Assembly (NCBI GenBank): GCA_029262755.1
Contig: JAJCYU010000015.1
Location: 1-33,848, forward strand
From: Anaerolineae bacterium
GTDB taxonomy: Bacteria > Chloroflexota > Anaerolineae > Epilineales > Epilineaceae
Reading direction: 5' to 3'
DNA: 33,848 nucleotides
The notes beneath the pieces are model-generated. The model made no database searches and was not told where the DNA came from. It saw only the letters and a program-made list of their open reading frames with translations. Made by a program: the position numbers and the translations under genes. Numbering within the stretch: position 1 is the first letter of the stretch; the number at the start of each line of letters is the position of its first letter. Shown here piece after piece: positions 10,130-19,500 of the stretch.

Positions 10130-11425
10130 ATGGATGATGGGCGCGATGCCATCGCTACGCGGCTGCACGCATACCTATCGGTTCCGGCGGTTGTCGGCCA
10201 CGAGCAGCCCTTCCTCGATACGTTGCAACGCGACTTCGAGGGCATCGGGCGCCGCGTGCGAATGCATCGCGGCTTGCTGGAGGTCGTGGGCGAGCAGGAT
10301 CCTGCGGAGCAGCCGGTGGCGCTCAGCGTGCACGTCGACAGGCACGGGTTGCTCGCGCTCGGTGACGGCGACCTCGCGTTCGCGGCGCACGCCGTGCGCT
10401 CCGAGCGCTACGGCGACTCGCCGGGAGCGGGCAGCAGGGCGCTCGAAACCGTGGTCGGTCGCTTCGCGGGCGAAGACGTGGAAGCGTACGACGTTGGCGA
10501 TGGCAGCCTGCTCGCGCGCGGCCGGATCGAGTCCGCGCATCACTGCGTCACGCGCGAACGGTTGGTCTTCCGGGTGCCGGAGCTCGTCGATATTCCCGCC
10601 GGCACTCCCGTCGGCTACGGCGCCGCAGTAGCGGGGGCTGCGGGCACCGTGGTCGGGCAACTCGACAACGCGGCCTCCGCGGCCGTCGCCTACTCTGCGT
10701 GTGCCGGGGGCTTTGCGGGTACCGTGTTGTTCACGACCGAGGAGGAGATCGGGCGCAGTTGGGAGCACTTGTGGCGATGGCTCGACGCGGAGGCCAGCCC
10801 CGAACTGCGGCTGCTGGTCCTGGACACGAGCCCCTTTCCGGAGGACGTGCTCTCCGCTACGCATCCGCTGCCCCAAGGGCACGGATCTGCACCACATTCT
10901 GGGCTGCAGGACGGACGGATTGCAGGAAAGGCCGGAGGGGATTTCGGTGCGGAGGCCGCCGCGCCCCTGGGCGCGCTCGTCGGGACGGGCGTCCCAGATC
11001 ACGAAGACAAGGGCGATGCCTTTCGTGACCCGGCGCCCGAGCGCGCGTTCCATCCTGTTCGAAGCATCGACGCTGCACCCGATCTGGATCCGGGGCTCGC
11101 CGTCGATCTCGACGGCATCGTGTTGCGCCACGGGGATGCGCACGGTCGCTTCGACGAGGTGCTCGTGGCGCGCCTCGCCGCGGCGGCGCGCGAGGTCGGG
11201 ACGGGCGTGCTCTACAAGGACGATTGGCTGCGGACCCGGGCCGGCACGGGCGTGCCCGCGCTGGGCCGTACGGAGCTTGGACGTCTCGTGGCGGAGACCG
11301 GTGGGCGGTGGTCCGGTGCGACCCTACAGGTGCCCACCCTGGGCTACCACTCGAATCGCGAAACCGCGCAGCTGCGCGCACTCGACGCGATGCGCGACGT
11401 GATCTTGGCCGTCGGCGGGGATTGA
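10130..11425 (+). CDS. M42/M28-like Zn metallopeptidase (431 aa)
   Basis: Metal-ligand motifs HVD, GQLDN, TEEEIG, LDT and YHS; GGAG lies upstream of ATG 10130. Confidence 0.8.
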   Translation: MDDGRDAIATRLHAYLSVPAVVGHEQPFLDTLQRDFEGIGRRVRMHRGLLEVVGEQDPAEQPVALSVHVDRHGLLALGDGDLAFAAHAVRSERYGDSPGAGSRALETVVGRFAGEDVEAYDVGDGSLLARGRIESAHHCVTRERLVFRVPELVDIPAGTPVGYGAAVAGAAGTVVGQLDNAASAAVAYSACAGGFAGTVLFTTEEEIGRSWEHLWRWLDAEASPELRLLVLDTSPFPEDVLSATHPLPQGHGSAPHSGLQDGRIAGKAGGDFGAEAAAPLGALVGTGVPDHEDKGDAFRDPAPERAFHPVRSIDAAPDLDPGLAVDLDGIVLRHGDAHGRFDEVLVARLAAAAREVGTGVLYKDDWLRTRAGTGVPALGRTELGRLVAETGGRWSGATLQVPTLGYHSNRETAQLRALDAMRDVILAVGGD

Positions 11426-11451
11426 CAACGGACCGCGCTCGGCCGTAGTCT
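11422..11451 (+). promoter_or_regulatory. Sigma70-type promoter for the lipoprotein gene
   Basis: TTGACA (11422-11427), 18-bp spacer, TAGTCT (11446-11451); about 40 bp upstream of ATG 11492. Confidence 0.55.
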
Positions 11452-11491
11452 GGACCCGACGGATCCCTCCGTCGCAGACGGGAGCCGCGCC

Positions 11492-12835
11492 ATGTCCTCA
11501 CCATCGTGCCTGCCCCATCGGCCGTACCGGTCCCGTGGCCGCGGCATGCTGCGCGCCGCGGCACTCGCCGTGCTCCTCGGAGCCGCCGCCGTGAGCGCCT
11601 GCGGTGGCGACGGAGAGCCGCCCGCGGCACCGCCTACGGTGTTGCCCCCGCCCGCGGACACGATCGCGCCGCCGCCGACCGCGCCGCCACCGGAGGACCC
11701 GCCGGCGGACGCGGCGCCCACGACGGCCGCCGGCGACGCCGCCGAGCCCACGCCCGACGCACCCGTGTCCGCGACAGCCACCGTGCCCGCCCCCGCCACG
11801 GTCGTCGCCGCGGCGACCCCCACGTCCGCGCCGACGGCCCCCGCGCCGCCGACCGCTACGCCGGACCCCTTCGTCGGCGGCGGTGGGAGCAATCCGGCCG
11901 ACGACGGCATCGCCGCGGTGCTCGAGTTCAGCCCGCCGCTCGGTTCGGCGACCATGCGGCTGGTCATGCCGGCGCCGGTGCGCGGCGACTGGCCGAGCAA
12001 GGTCTTCGTGCGCGACGTCGAGCTGCTGCGTTCGCGCGATCTTGTCCACGGACGGATGTTCATTGGGCCGCAGGTGCCCATCGTGCTCACAGGCTACGAG
12101 GAGGGTCTAAAGATCGACGTCGAGGTCATCGATCCAACGGGCGACGGCACGAACCACAGAGGCATGCCCGGCGATCCCACCGCGGACGGCGGCGGGCTCG
12201 CGCTCCGCATCCGGCCGCCGGCGGCGCTAGGTACGTGGACGATTCGCGCGCGGCAGGGAGATCTGCGCCGGGTTGGGACCTTCGAGCTGGTCTCGCCCGA
12301 TGAGCCGCTGCTGTGGATCGAGCCCGTCGCGGTGCGGCCGCCGCCGGATGCCTACGTGGACCTCTTCGCGGCCGGCTACCCGGCGGACACGGATGTACCG
12401 CTGCACCTGTACGAGGTTTTCGACACCGGGGACCCCGACGGCGACGGAACCGTGTACGGCGACTCGGACAACGACGTCTTCATGGCCCTGTACGCAGGTC
12501 CGATCGGAAGCATGGCGACCAACCACGATGGTCAGGCGCGGCACAGGGTGCGCCTACCGGCCTCGGTACGGCCGTCGTGCTGGCTGATCCAGACGGAGCC
12601 GGCCGCGCTAGCGTCCCAACCGGTCTTTGGACCACGGCAGCTGATGTTCCACACGTGGCCGGATCCCGGGCCGCCGGTCCACGGCTTCGCGCCCTGCCGT
12701 CGCATGGAACGCGACGGCGATGGTGGCGGAGGTGGGGGACCGGACCTCGGCCGCGACGTCGCGCCGGTGCTCGATCTCATGCGCAGCGCGACACCGGGCG
12801 TTGCGCCTGGGTTGCCGGGTGGGACGACGCCGTAG
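11492..12835 (+). CDS. Lipoprotein with long Pro/Ala/Thr-rich linker, function unknown
   Basis: Lipobox VSA-C after a hydrophobic stretch; GGAG 7 nt before the ATG; alternative start at 11546. Confidence 0.78.
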   Translation: MSSPSCLPHRPYRSRGRGMLRAAALAVLLGAAAVSACGGDGEPPAAPPTVLPPPADTIAPPPTAPPPEDPPADAAPTTAAGDAAEPTPDAPVSATATVPAPATVVAAATPTSAPTAPAPPTATPDPFVGGGGSNPADDGIAAVLEFSPPLGSATMRLVMPAPVRGDWPSKVFVRDVELLRSRDLVHGRMFIGPQVPIVLTGYEEGLKIDVEVIDPTGDGTNHRGMPGDPTADGGGLALRIRPPAALGTWTIRARQGDLRRVGTFELVSPDEPLLWIEPVAVRPPPDAYVDLFAAGYPADTDVPLHLYEVFDTGDPDGDGTVYGDSDNDVFMALYAGPIGSMATNHDGQARHRVRLPASVRPSCWLIQTEPAALASQPVFGPRQLMFHTWPDPGPPVHGFAPCRRMERDGDGGGGGGPDLGRDVAPVLDLMRSATPGVAPGLPGGTTP

Positions 12836-12918
12836 GTGGTAGGGGGGTCGCTGTGGCGCGAAAGCGTGGTCGTGGGGCTGACATGGCAACGTACCGACCA
12901 AAACGAGATGGAGAAGTA

Positions 12919-13102
12919 CGGGTTCCGGCATCGACTGTGCAGATACGCCCACTTCGGTAGATATTCTGCCGACAACGGCTCGATTCGCGTTGTTCTGCCC
13001 CCCCAGGCTATCCGTAGATCTCGAGCACAAACTGAGTTCAAGGGCTTAAAGTCGCCACGTCGGGAAGGAGGGGCAATAGTGCAGCGTTGCTGCCGGTACC
13101 CC
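12919..13102. mobile_element. MITE copy A (184 bp), Tn3-like terminal inverted repeats
   Basis: (C)GGGTTCCGGCA...TGCCGGTACCCC; about 17 differences from the copy at 17399-17581; non-coding. Confidence 0.8.
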
Positions 13103-13126
13103 GAATGGGCGGTCAGGAGAGGGTAG

Positions 13127-15277
13127 ATGATCAGCGCGGCGGTGAATCTTATGTCCATGGTATTGAAGTGCCTCTCGGCGACTACCCGGTGGCTGTTGGT
13201 GCTTATCTGCTCGGCAGCATTGGGGAGCAGCCCGGGAGGTGAAGCGGTAGTGCCGACATTTGCGATGTCCAGCCACGAGTCAACGTCCGCCGTCGATGGC
13301 GGCTACCTGCGGATCCTTGGCCAGTCGGGTGGCGCTGTACTTGATGCGGTGTTCACACGAAGTGACAATTGGTATCTGGTAGGTGCCGGAACCTCAGTGC
13401 TTAGCGTTCATATGACTGATGCAGGTGAGTTGCTGTTGGCAGATAGGCTGGAAGGCTTGCCGGGAGTCGTCCGTATTATTGTCCCACTAGATGACGACGC
13501 CATTGTCGTCACCGCTGATGCGAGTCTGACTGCGGTGAGCGTCAGCGATGATGGCCAGTTGACGATGGAAGCAACGTGGAAAGCCCCCGGCGTTGTTGAT
13601 GGCGCGGTGTCGGTCGGCGGGCGAGTTGTTCTCGCCGTACGGGGATTAGGGGTTGTTACATTCGCGCTTGATGGCTGCCCCCAACAACTACAGGCCCGAG
13701 GAGTCTGGCGGCATGATGATGTGTACGCGATCGCAGCCAATGCAGTCGGCGACGTAGCGGCACTTGGTGCAAATCGCGTACACTTTCTAGCCGTTGACCA
13801 GCTTGGGCGAGTTGAGCCTATCGCTTCAGCGGACCTGCCAGGAATTGGACCTTCGTCGGTTGTCGCCGTCAATAGGAAGCACGTTGCGATTGGAACGGGG
13901 GCGAAGGTCACCGTTGCTACCGTAGATTGTACTCGTGAAAATTGCATCGTCGGCGAGCGCTTCCTCAATGCTGGAATTCCCGCACCCATTGTGGGCTTAT
14001 CCGCATATGCCGACGGTTTTATGGTGGCGACTTCAGGCGCGCACCCCCTTGTGCCGGGACTCTGGTCAGTAGTTGCGGATAGTGACGGAGTGGGGGCCAC
14101 CCTCTTGCAGCATGTTTCTGGATTGTCTCGCGTGCGTTGCAGCGACCAGCAATGCTTGATTGGCTCGGAGTACGGGCGGTTTTCTCTGCGCCTCCAGGAT
14201 TCGAACGGTGATTGGCGAGAGATGGCCCAAATCGACGCGGTGGGAAACGCTCGCGACATTGACGAGTCCTATGGCCTGGTTTCCATCGTCGATGGAGAAG
14301 GGCTCCTAGTCGGAAATGGGGACGATCCAGGTGTGCTTTCTAGAGCTGCCGCCTCACGCGGCTACGATCGCGTGGGGCTTGACCGCGGTCCCGATGGCAA
14401 TTGGACCATCGCTGCCGTGATGGAAGACGGTGGGGGCCAACGCGCAGTCAATGTGTTTCAAGCCGTTGACCCACTACGTGTTGCACATGTTGGAACCATC
14501 GAAGTCGTCGGAGGTTGGATCGCCAATGCTGAAGTGGCCGGCGATCGGATATTGCTAGCAACCTACGGATACCCGGGCGCCGGAATCACTCTGTATGTTC
14601 CGGGGGGGACAGGAGAGTTAGAGATACGGGACGAGTATGCAGCTACGATGAATGACGGACTATCAGGTGTGAAGTCCGTTGCGTTGGCCGGCCAGTACAT
14701 CCTCGGTCTCCTTGGGGGGAACGAAATCCTAGTCCTAGAGATCTCACCAGAGGACGAGCTTGTTGATATTGGACGTCTCGTGCGACCACAGAATGAAGTG
14801 ATTATTGAAGTTGCATCATCCTCCATGGATGGCACAGTTGTGCTACTCGATAGCCTCACAGGCACGCTGTCTCAATACGAAGTGGGCCCCAGAATGCCGT
14901 GGGATATTCTTGCCGAAGCGGAAACGGAGTACCATCAGTGCAACCGGCGATCACTGTCAATGAGCGATGGAATGCTTTTCGTGGCATGTACTGAGGATGA
15001 GGACAGCGAGAGTTGGAGTCCGAGTCACGTGGATGTCTTTTCACTTGATGGGGGCGGCGTATCCGAAGGCCCGCTTGCAGAGGCGATGGTGATTCAGGGG
15101 CAGGTTGGCCCGATTGCTCGCGTTTCTGGCGCGCACTGGGCCGTGGCTGGTCTGGGCGGTCTGGTGAAAATGGAATTTGTGCCGGATGGGATGATCGTAC
15201 CCCCTGCCGAACCAACTCTGCTAGAAATGACGCCGCGCATTTGGCGTGCGTGGTTTCCAATGCTCTGGCATGAGTAA
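13127..15277 (+). CDS. Secreted LVIVD-like beta-propeller surface protein (716 aa)
   Basis: SD AGGAG; N-terminal hydrophobic segment; LRILGQSGG start of beta repeats; C-terminal RAWFPML motif; codon usage is less GC-biased than the flanks. Confidence 0.75.
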   Translation: MISAAVNLMSMVLKCLSATTRWLLVLICSAALGSSPGGEAVVPTFAMSSHESTSAVDGGYLRILGQSGGAVLDAVFTRSDNWYLVGAGTSVLSVHMTDAGELLLADRLEGLPGVVRIIVPLDDDAIVVTADASLTAVSVSDDGQLTMEATWKAPGVVDGAVSVGGRVVLAVRGLGVVTFALDGCPQQLQARGVWRHDDVYAIAANAVGDVAALGANRVHFLAVDQLGRVEPIASADLPGIGPSSVVAVNRKHVAIGTGAKVTVATVDCTRENCIVGERFLNAGIPAPIVGLSAYADGFMVATSGAHPLVPGLWSVVADSDGVGATLLQHVSGLSRVRCSDQQCLIGSEYGRFSLRLQDSNGDWREMAQIDAVGNARDIDESYGLVSIVDGEGLLVGNGDDPGVLSRAAASRGYDRVGLDRGPDGNWTIAAVMEDGGGQRAVNVFQAVDPLRVAHVGTIEVVGGWIANAEVAGDRILLATYGYPGAGITLYVPGGTGELEIRDEYAATMNDGLSGVKSVALAGQYILGLLGGNEILVLEISPEDELVDIGRLVRPQNEVIIEVASSSMDGTVVLLDSLTGTLSQYEVGPRMPWDILAEAETEYHQCNRRSLSMSDGMLFVACTEDEDSESWSPSHVDVFSLDGGGVSEGPLAEAMVIQGQVGPIARVSGAHWAVAGLGGLVKMEFVPDGMIVPPAEPTLLEMTPRIWRAWFPMLWHE

Positions 15278-15524
15278 TCGTCTTCATCGTGGGTGCAATT
15301 ATCACTGAATGTGGACCTGTGGGGAGTGAATGGGAACAACGGCGATAACGTGATAACTGTTGGCATCCACGACTCGGCCTTCGGAATCAGTGGGTGCAAT
15401 GTTCAAGTCGACTGGGTCAAGATCGGAAGCACCCAGATCGAGATGGAGGGTGGCAAGGCGGCATATGACGAAGGCAACTACTTGGAGTTACCCCGCTTTC
15501 GCGGACGGTTGAGTGTTAGGGGGC

Positions 15525-16367
15525 TCAAGCGGCCTGAGCCTGTCGTTCGAAGTTGACCGGTGACACCTGGCCGAGAGCCGAGTGCCGTCGAATCGGATTG
15601 TAGAAGCTCTCGATGAAGTCGAACACTTCCATGCGGGCTTGAATACGGCTGCGGAATGTCGAGCGGTCGATGAGCTCGCATTCGAGCGTAGCGAAGAAGC
15701 TCTCCGCCAGGGCGTTGTCGTAGCAATCCCCGACGCTGCCCATGGACACCCGGATGCCGTAGGCGCTGCACCGGCGGCCGAAGGCGAGCGATGTGTATTG
15801 GGAGCCGTGATCTGAATGGTGGATGACACTTCCAGGCTGACGCCGAGCGATCGCCATGTTCAAGGCATCGATCACGAGTTCCTGCCGCATGTGATTGGCC
15901 ATCGACCAACCGACGACCTTCCGGCTCCAGACATCGATCACAACGGCAAGATAAAGTGTCCCAGTCCATGCCGGGATGTACGTGATATCCGCCACCCAGA
16001 TCTGATTCGGCCCCTCTGCGCTGAAGTCACGCTGGACCAAGTCCGCAGCTCCAGAATCGATCCCTCGGATCGTTGTTCGATGCCCCTTCCTTCTACAGAC
16101 ACCGCGGATCTTGGCCAAGCGCATGAGGCGTGCTACCCGCTTCCGGCCGACACAGATCTTGGCGTCAATCAGGTCTTTGTGGATGCGCGGAGCTCCATAC
16201 GTCTCCCGCGACTCGACGTGAAAGTGCCTGATCTTCTCCGTCAACTCCTCGTCTCCCTTCGCTCTCGCAGAGGGCTCTCTGGTACGCCAGCTATAGAAAC
16301 CGCTCGTGGAAACGCCCAGCACACGGCAGATCGTCGACACCGGATAGTCGCCCTGATTCGCCATCAC
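15525..16367 (-). CDS. IS3-family transposase OrfB (DDE/rve integrase core)
   Basis: YGAPRI, WVADITY, HHSDHGSQY, DNALAESFF, YNPIRRHSALG. Confidence 0.95.
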   Translation of the reverse strand: MMANQGDYPVSTICRVLGVSTSGFYSWRTREPSARAKGDEELTEKIRHFHVESRETYGAPRIHKDLIDAKICVGRKRVARLMRLAKIRGVCRRKGHRTTIRGIDSGAADLVQRDFSAEGPNQIWVADITYIPAWTGTLYLAVVIDVWSRKVVGWSMANHMRQELVIDALNMAIARRQPGSVIHHSDHGSQYTSLAFGRRCSAYGIRVSMGSVGDCYDNALAESFFATLECELIDRSTFRSRIQARMEVFDFIESFYNPIRRHSALGQVSPVNFERQAQAA

Positions 16368-16681
16368 GAACTCGAACGCCGTTTCGGCGTCGACTCCGAT
16401 TTCCGCTGGGCGAACCAGGTGGCGGCTTTTCCCATGATCTCAAGCTCCTCTTGCAAGCGCCTATTCTCGCGCCGGAGCTTGCTGAGTTCATCACGTTCGA
16501 GCGTTGTCAGGCCATCTGAGCGACGGCCTACATCAAGGTCAGCTTGCTTGACCCAGTTTCGGATCGTCTGCGCAGTAGGCTCGAAATCGCGAGCGAGCGA
16601 CTCCGCTGAACGTCCTGCTCGGCACATCTCCACCAAACGGGCCTTGAATTCCGTTGGGTACGTCTTGCGGCCTTTCGCCAT
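16364..16681 (-). CDS. IS3-family transposase OrfA (HTH plus leucine zipper)
   Basis: YPTEFKARLV...TIRNWVKQ...LRRENRRL; SD AAGGAGG before ATG 16681; GGGAAAAG candidate -1 frameshift site near 16426-16433. Confidence 0.92.
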   Translation of the reverse strand: MAKGRKTYPTEFKARLVEMCRAGRSAESLARDFEPTAQTIRNWVKQADLDVGRRSDGLTTLERDELSKLRRENRRLQEELEIMGKAATWFAQRKSESTPKRRSSS

Positions 16682-16912
16682 GAGGGACACCTCCTTCCCA
16701 AAATCTGAGGTGTCCGCGCTACCGGGTCAACTCCAACTCGAGCCCATACATTGAGTCGGCGGCGACTGAGGGATTTATGTATCCCACCCGGGCGAGAACG
16801 CCGGGGGACCAGCACTTCAGCTGTCGCTTCAGGGAGCCTTGCGGTTCGCGGTGGGCAGTGGGGGCGACACTCCGCGTTAGCGGTCGTCAATATGACCGAA
16901 TAGGGCGATGAC

Positions 16913-17317
16913 ATGAAGACGATAAGACAGACGGTATACCCCGCGGGGGCAGTTGTGTTGGTGCTTGGGTCCGGAGGGGAAATTACGTTCGAGTTAGAAG
17001 ATGCGATTGTGGTTACGAAGGGCTGCATTACAATCTGTGTGGTTGCTCCGTCTGAGGGCGACTTGGAATTGCACGTGTCAACTGACAGTTTGGAGACGCC
17101 GGAGGGTTTGTTTCATGCTCGCACCGTGGTGATTGAGTCTGCGGATAGGGAGTTTCGGGTATGTGATGCTCATCTAACACCGTTTGCGATAGTTGATGCG
17201 CCTTCGGCAAAGATGAGTGTAAGCATCCTGCGGGATCACATATGTGATCCCACGCGGCTCGCGATTCTAATGGAGTCTGAAGGAGAAGAGGGCCCACTAG
17301 AACTGGCCAGACCCTAA
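16913..17317 (+). CDS. Small beta-rich hypothetical protein (134 aa), possibly an orphan immunity-type protein
   Basis: Low-GC ORF with ATG start and globular composition; no signal peptide. Confidence 0.6.
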   Translation: MKTIRQTVYPAGAVVLVLGSGGEITFELEDAIVVTKGCITICVVAPSEGDLELHVSTDSLETPEGLFHARTVVIESADREFRVCDAHLTPFAIVDAPSAKMSVSILRDHICDPTRLAILMESEGEEGPLELARP

Positions 17318-17398
17318 TCCACCTGGCTAGTGCTCGATGTTGGGGGTGTTCGAGGAATCGGTGGCTGAACAGCTACGTCTGCAGTAGCGATCCTTGGC

Positions 17399-17581
17399 GG
17401 GGTTCCGGCAGCAACGGTGCAGAAACGCCCACGTCGGTAGATATTCTGCCGAGAACGGCTCGATTCACGTTATTCTGCCCCCCAGGCTATCCGAAGATCT
17501 CGAGCACAAACTGAGATCAAGGGCATAAAGTCGCCATGTCGGGAAGGGGGGGCAATATCGCAGCGTTGCTGCCGGTACCCC
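17399..17581. mobile_element. MITE copy B (183 bp), Tn3-like terminal inverted repeats
   Basis: GGGGTTCCGGCAGCAACGGTGC versus the right-end reverse complement GGGGTACCGGCAGCAACGCTGC (20/22 match); direct repeat of copy A. Confidence 0.85.
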
Positions 17582-17725
17582 GTAGCGCGCCAGGCGCTCG
17601 TGGGCCGGGCGTTCGTCCTGGTCGAGCCACACGCCGTCGTGGACGCTGAAGCCGGAGTGATGCCAGGCCAGCATGGCGTCGGCCGTCTCCGGCTCGAAGA
17701 GCTCGCGCTGGACCAAAAGGCTCAG
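17582..17725 (-). pseudogene. IS91-family (Y2) transposase internal fragment, cut by MITE B
   Basis: LLVQRELFEPETADAMLAWHHSGFSVHDGV...ERLARY matches the HSGFS...ERLARY segment of IS91-type transposases and ends exactly at the MITE end. Confidence 0.75.
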
Positions 17726-18197
17726 CGGCGCAGCGCTCACCACCCGATTTCCCGCACCGCCCCCGCCTGCGTTCGACAGCGGTAGACACGTCACCCCTCC
17801 CGGAAGGCAAGCAGCGCAACGGAGATCGGGCGCATGGCCCGATAGCCGGTGGTGTCTACGGATTTCAGGTCGCTAGGGCGGCCGAATAAAGGCGCTTGGT
17901 AGGGTCGTCGATGGCCACGTGCCGGCCGACCCAGCGCTCGACGCCCAGCTTCGAGCGGGGATCCAAGGCACGGTTACCGCTGCCTACGCCCGTGTCTACA
18001 CTCACCTATCCACCGTAGTGTCTACGTGTTTCGGCCGACCGGAAGAGCGATGTCGCAGAAGTCCGCCCCGTTCTTGTCCACAGGGGGCGGATTGGGCCCT
18101 ACGGGTGTCGAACGCAGGACCTTGGTGCGCCCAAGGGAGCACGTCATGGTTCATGTTTGCGCCTCAACTCGATCGCCGGCAAGCTGCTTGCGACGTC

Positions 18198-18284
18198 TCT
18201 CCCCGTAACACCGTGCCCTTCCTCTTCACGGACGATGAATCGATGACCGTGCTTTGGGAGCGGAGCGGCGAGGATCCTGTGTAG
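18198..18284 (+). pseudogene. Tiny remnant of a class III cyclase-domain N-terminus
   Basis: SPRNTVPFLFTDDESMTVLWERSGE resembles the PxGTVTFLFTDIEGSTxLWE motif. Confidence 0.45.
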
Positions 18285-18372
18285 CGGCGTTGTTTCTCAA
18301 CCCAGTAGCGATACCAGAGTGTGGGTGGTGGTACGACCATCTCAATGACGCTGCATCTGGAGGTGCACTATC

Positions 18373-19500
18373 ATGCTGAGCAGTAATCGAGCCCATTTGC
18401 GGACAGGGGCCTTGATCGCCCTTGCGTTGGCCATCATTGCCTTCGGGTTCCATGAATTCGGCGATGATCGACCGGCGGAGGCATCCCGTCTCGCACAGGA
18501 CCCCCTCCGTATTGCACAGAATCCTACGTATATGAAGGACTTCAGCTACCAGGGCATCCTGCGTGACGTCGATGGCAGCCTGATCACAGGCCCGCGAGAC
18601 ATCAGGATCGCGATCTACGTCAGCGCCACGGGCAACACTCCGGGCACTGACATGCTTGGCCAGGAGACGTTTGAAGACGTGCCCGTGCGCGATGGCGTCT
18701 TCAACGTAGTCCTGACCGGATTCACCGAACATTACTTCCCCGTCATGTTTAGGGGACATCGATACCTGGGGATCAAAGTGGGTGACGATCCTGAGATGGT
18801 GCCGCGCCAAAAGGTGTACCCCGTACCCTTGGCGATGAATGCCTACCACGCGCTCGAGTCGGGGGGATTGAGCGCCGGAGCCTCCGTTACGGGTCTTACG
18901 GTCAACGGATCGCTCAACGTTCCGCACTTCGGGTCATCGACGGCGGCTGCAAAGCCGGGCGATGTCGTGGTCCTGCAACCTCGGGGAGCAGGGGAACCGA
19001 CCGTGCAGCGTTCTCGGCAGCCTTACGCCGACCACCTTATGGGTGTCGTCTCCTCCAATCCGGGCTTGGCTCATAGCGGTGGCGAGACCACCCTGGCGGA
19101 CACGGAAGCCGGCCGGCTCATCGCGGACGAGACCGTGGTGGCCGTGGCCGGGCGCGTGCCGGTGAGGATCTCCCTGGAGAATGGCGCGATCGCCGCCGGC
19201 GATCCTCTGGCCAGCGCCAGCGTTCCCGGCGCCGCCATGAAGGCCACGCAGGCCGGTCAGATCATCGGCTATGCGCTGCAGAGCTCAGACGAGATGCAGG
19301 ACGGCACCATCCTGACCTGGCTGCAGATGGGCTACTACGTCCCGCCCGAGATGCTGTCGCGGCTGAATGGCGATTCGTCAGCCGGCGCTCAGGGGATCGA
19401 GGAATCGACGGCCCTCGATCTACAGGGGGAGTTTGACCGGCTTCGAGAGGAGAACGCAGCTCTCGTCGAACGGCTCGAGGCCCTAGAGGAGCAGCGATGA
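18373..19500 (+). CDS. Exported tail-fibre/adhesin-like protein with C-terminal intramolecular-chaperone (peptidase G2/S74-like) domain and coiled coil
   Basis: SD GGAGGT; N-terminal hydrophobic helix; FSYQGILRD...GVFNVVL...PRQKVYPVPLA domain; GVVSSNPG...VAVAGRVPV...NGAIAAGDPL...GAAMKA...IIGYAL; terminal LREENAALVERLEALE. Confidence 0.75.
   Translation: MLSSNRAHLRTGALIALALAIIAFGFHEFGDDRPAEASRLAQDPLRIAQNPTYMKDFSYQGILRDVDGSLITGPRDIRIAIYVSATGNTPGTDMLGQETFEDVPVRDGVFNVVLTGFTEHYFPVMFRGHRYLGIKVGDDPEMVPRQKVYPVPLAMNAYHALESGGLSAGASVTGLTVNGSLNVPHFGSSTAAAKPGDVVVLQPRGAGEPTVQRSRQPYADHLMGVVSSNPGLAHSGGETTLADTEAGRLIADETVVAVAGRVPVRISLENGAIAAGDPLASASVPGAAMKATQAGQIIGYALQSSDEMQDGTILTWLQMGYYVPPEMLSRLNGDSSAGAQGIEESTALDLQGEFDRLREENAALVERLEALEEQR

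Larger units (their letters stand above)
15483..16735 (-). mobile_element. IS3-family insertion sequence, 1253 bp, apparently intact
   Basis: IRs TGGAGTTACCCCGCTTTCGCGGAC and TGGAGTTGACCCGGTAGCGCGGAC (TG...CA ends); 3-bp TSD ACT at 15480-15482 and 16736-16738; orfA plus orfB. Confidence 0.95.
15278..16880 (+). pseudogene. Fragment of a surface protein with a CBM60-like beta-sandwich, split by IS3 (parts at 15278-15482 and about 16739-16880)
   Basis: SSSSWVQLSLNVDL...NVQVDWVKIGSTQIEMEGG; removing the IS and one TSD copy continues YDEGNYSSPYIESAATEG, and after a frameshift ...LQGALRFAVG. Confidence 0.45.

Noticed and set aside
12836..13126. 96-aa ORF between the lipoprotein and the island
   Set aside because: Mostly composed of MITE sequence; no recognisable protein features.
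15816..16754. 312-aa ORF antisense to IS3, and the many other long Arg/Pro/Ala-rich overlapping ORFs
   Set aside because: Shadow ORFs expected in high-GC DNA; no motifs, and they overlap well-supported genes.
12914..17586. Target-site duplication proving a single composite transposition
   Set aside because: The outer flanks AAGTA and GTAGC differ, and the IS91 reading frame does not resume beyond copy A.
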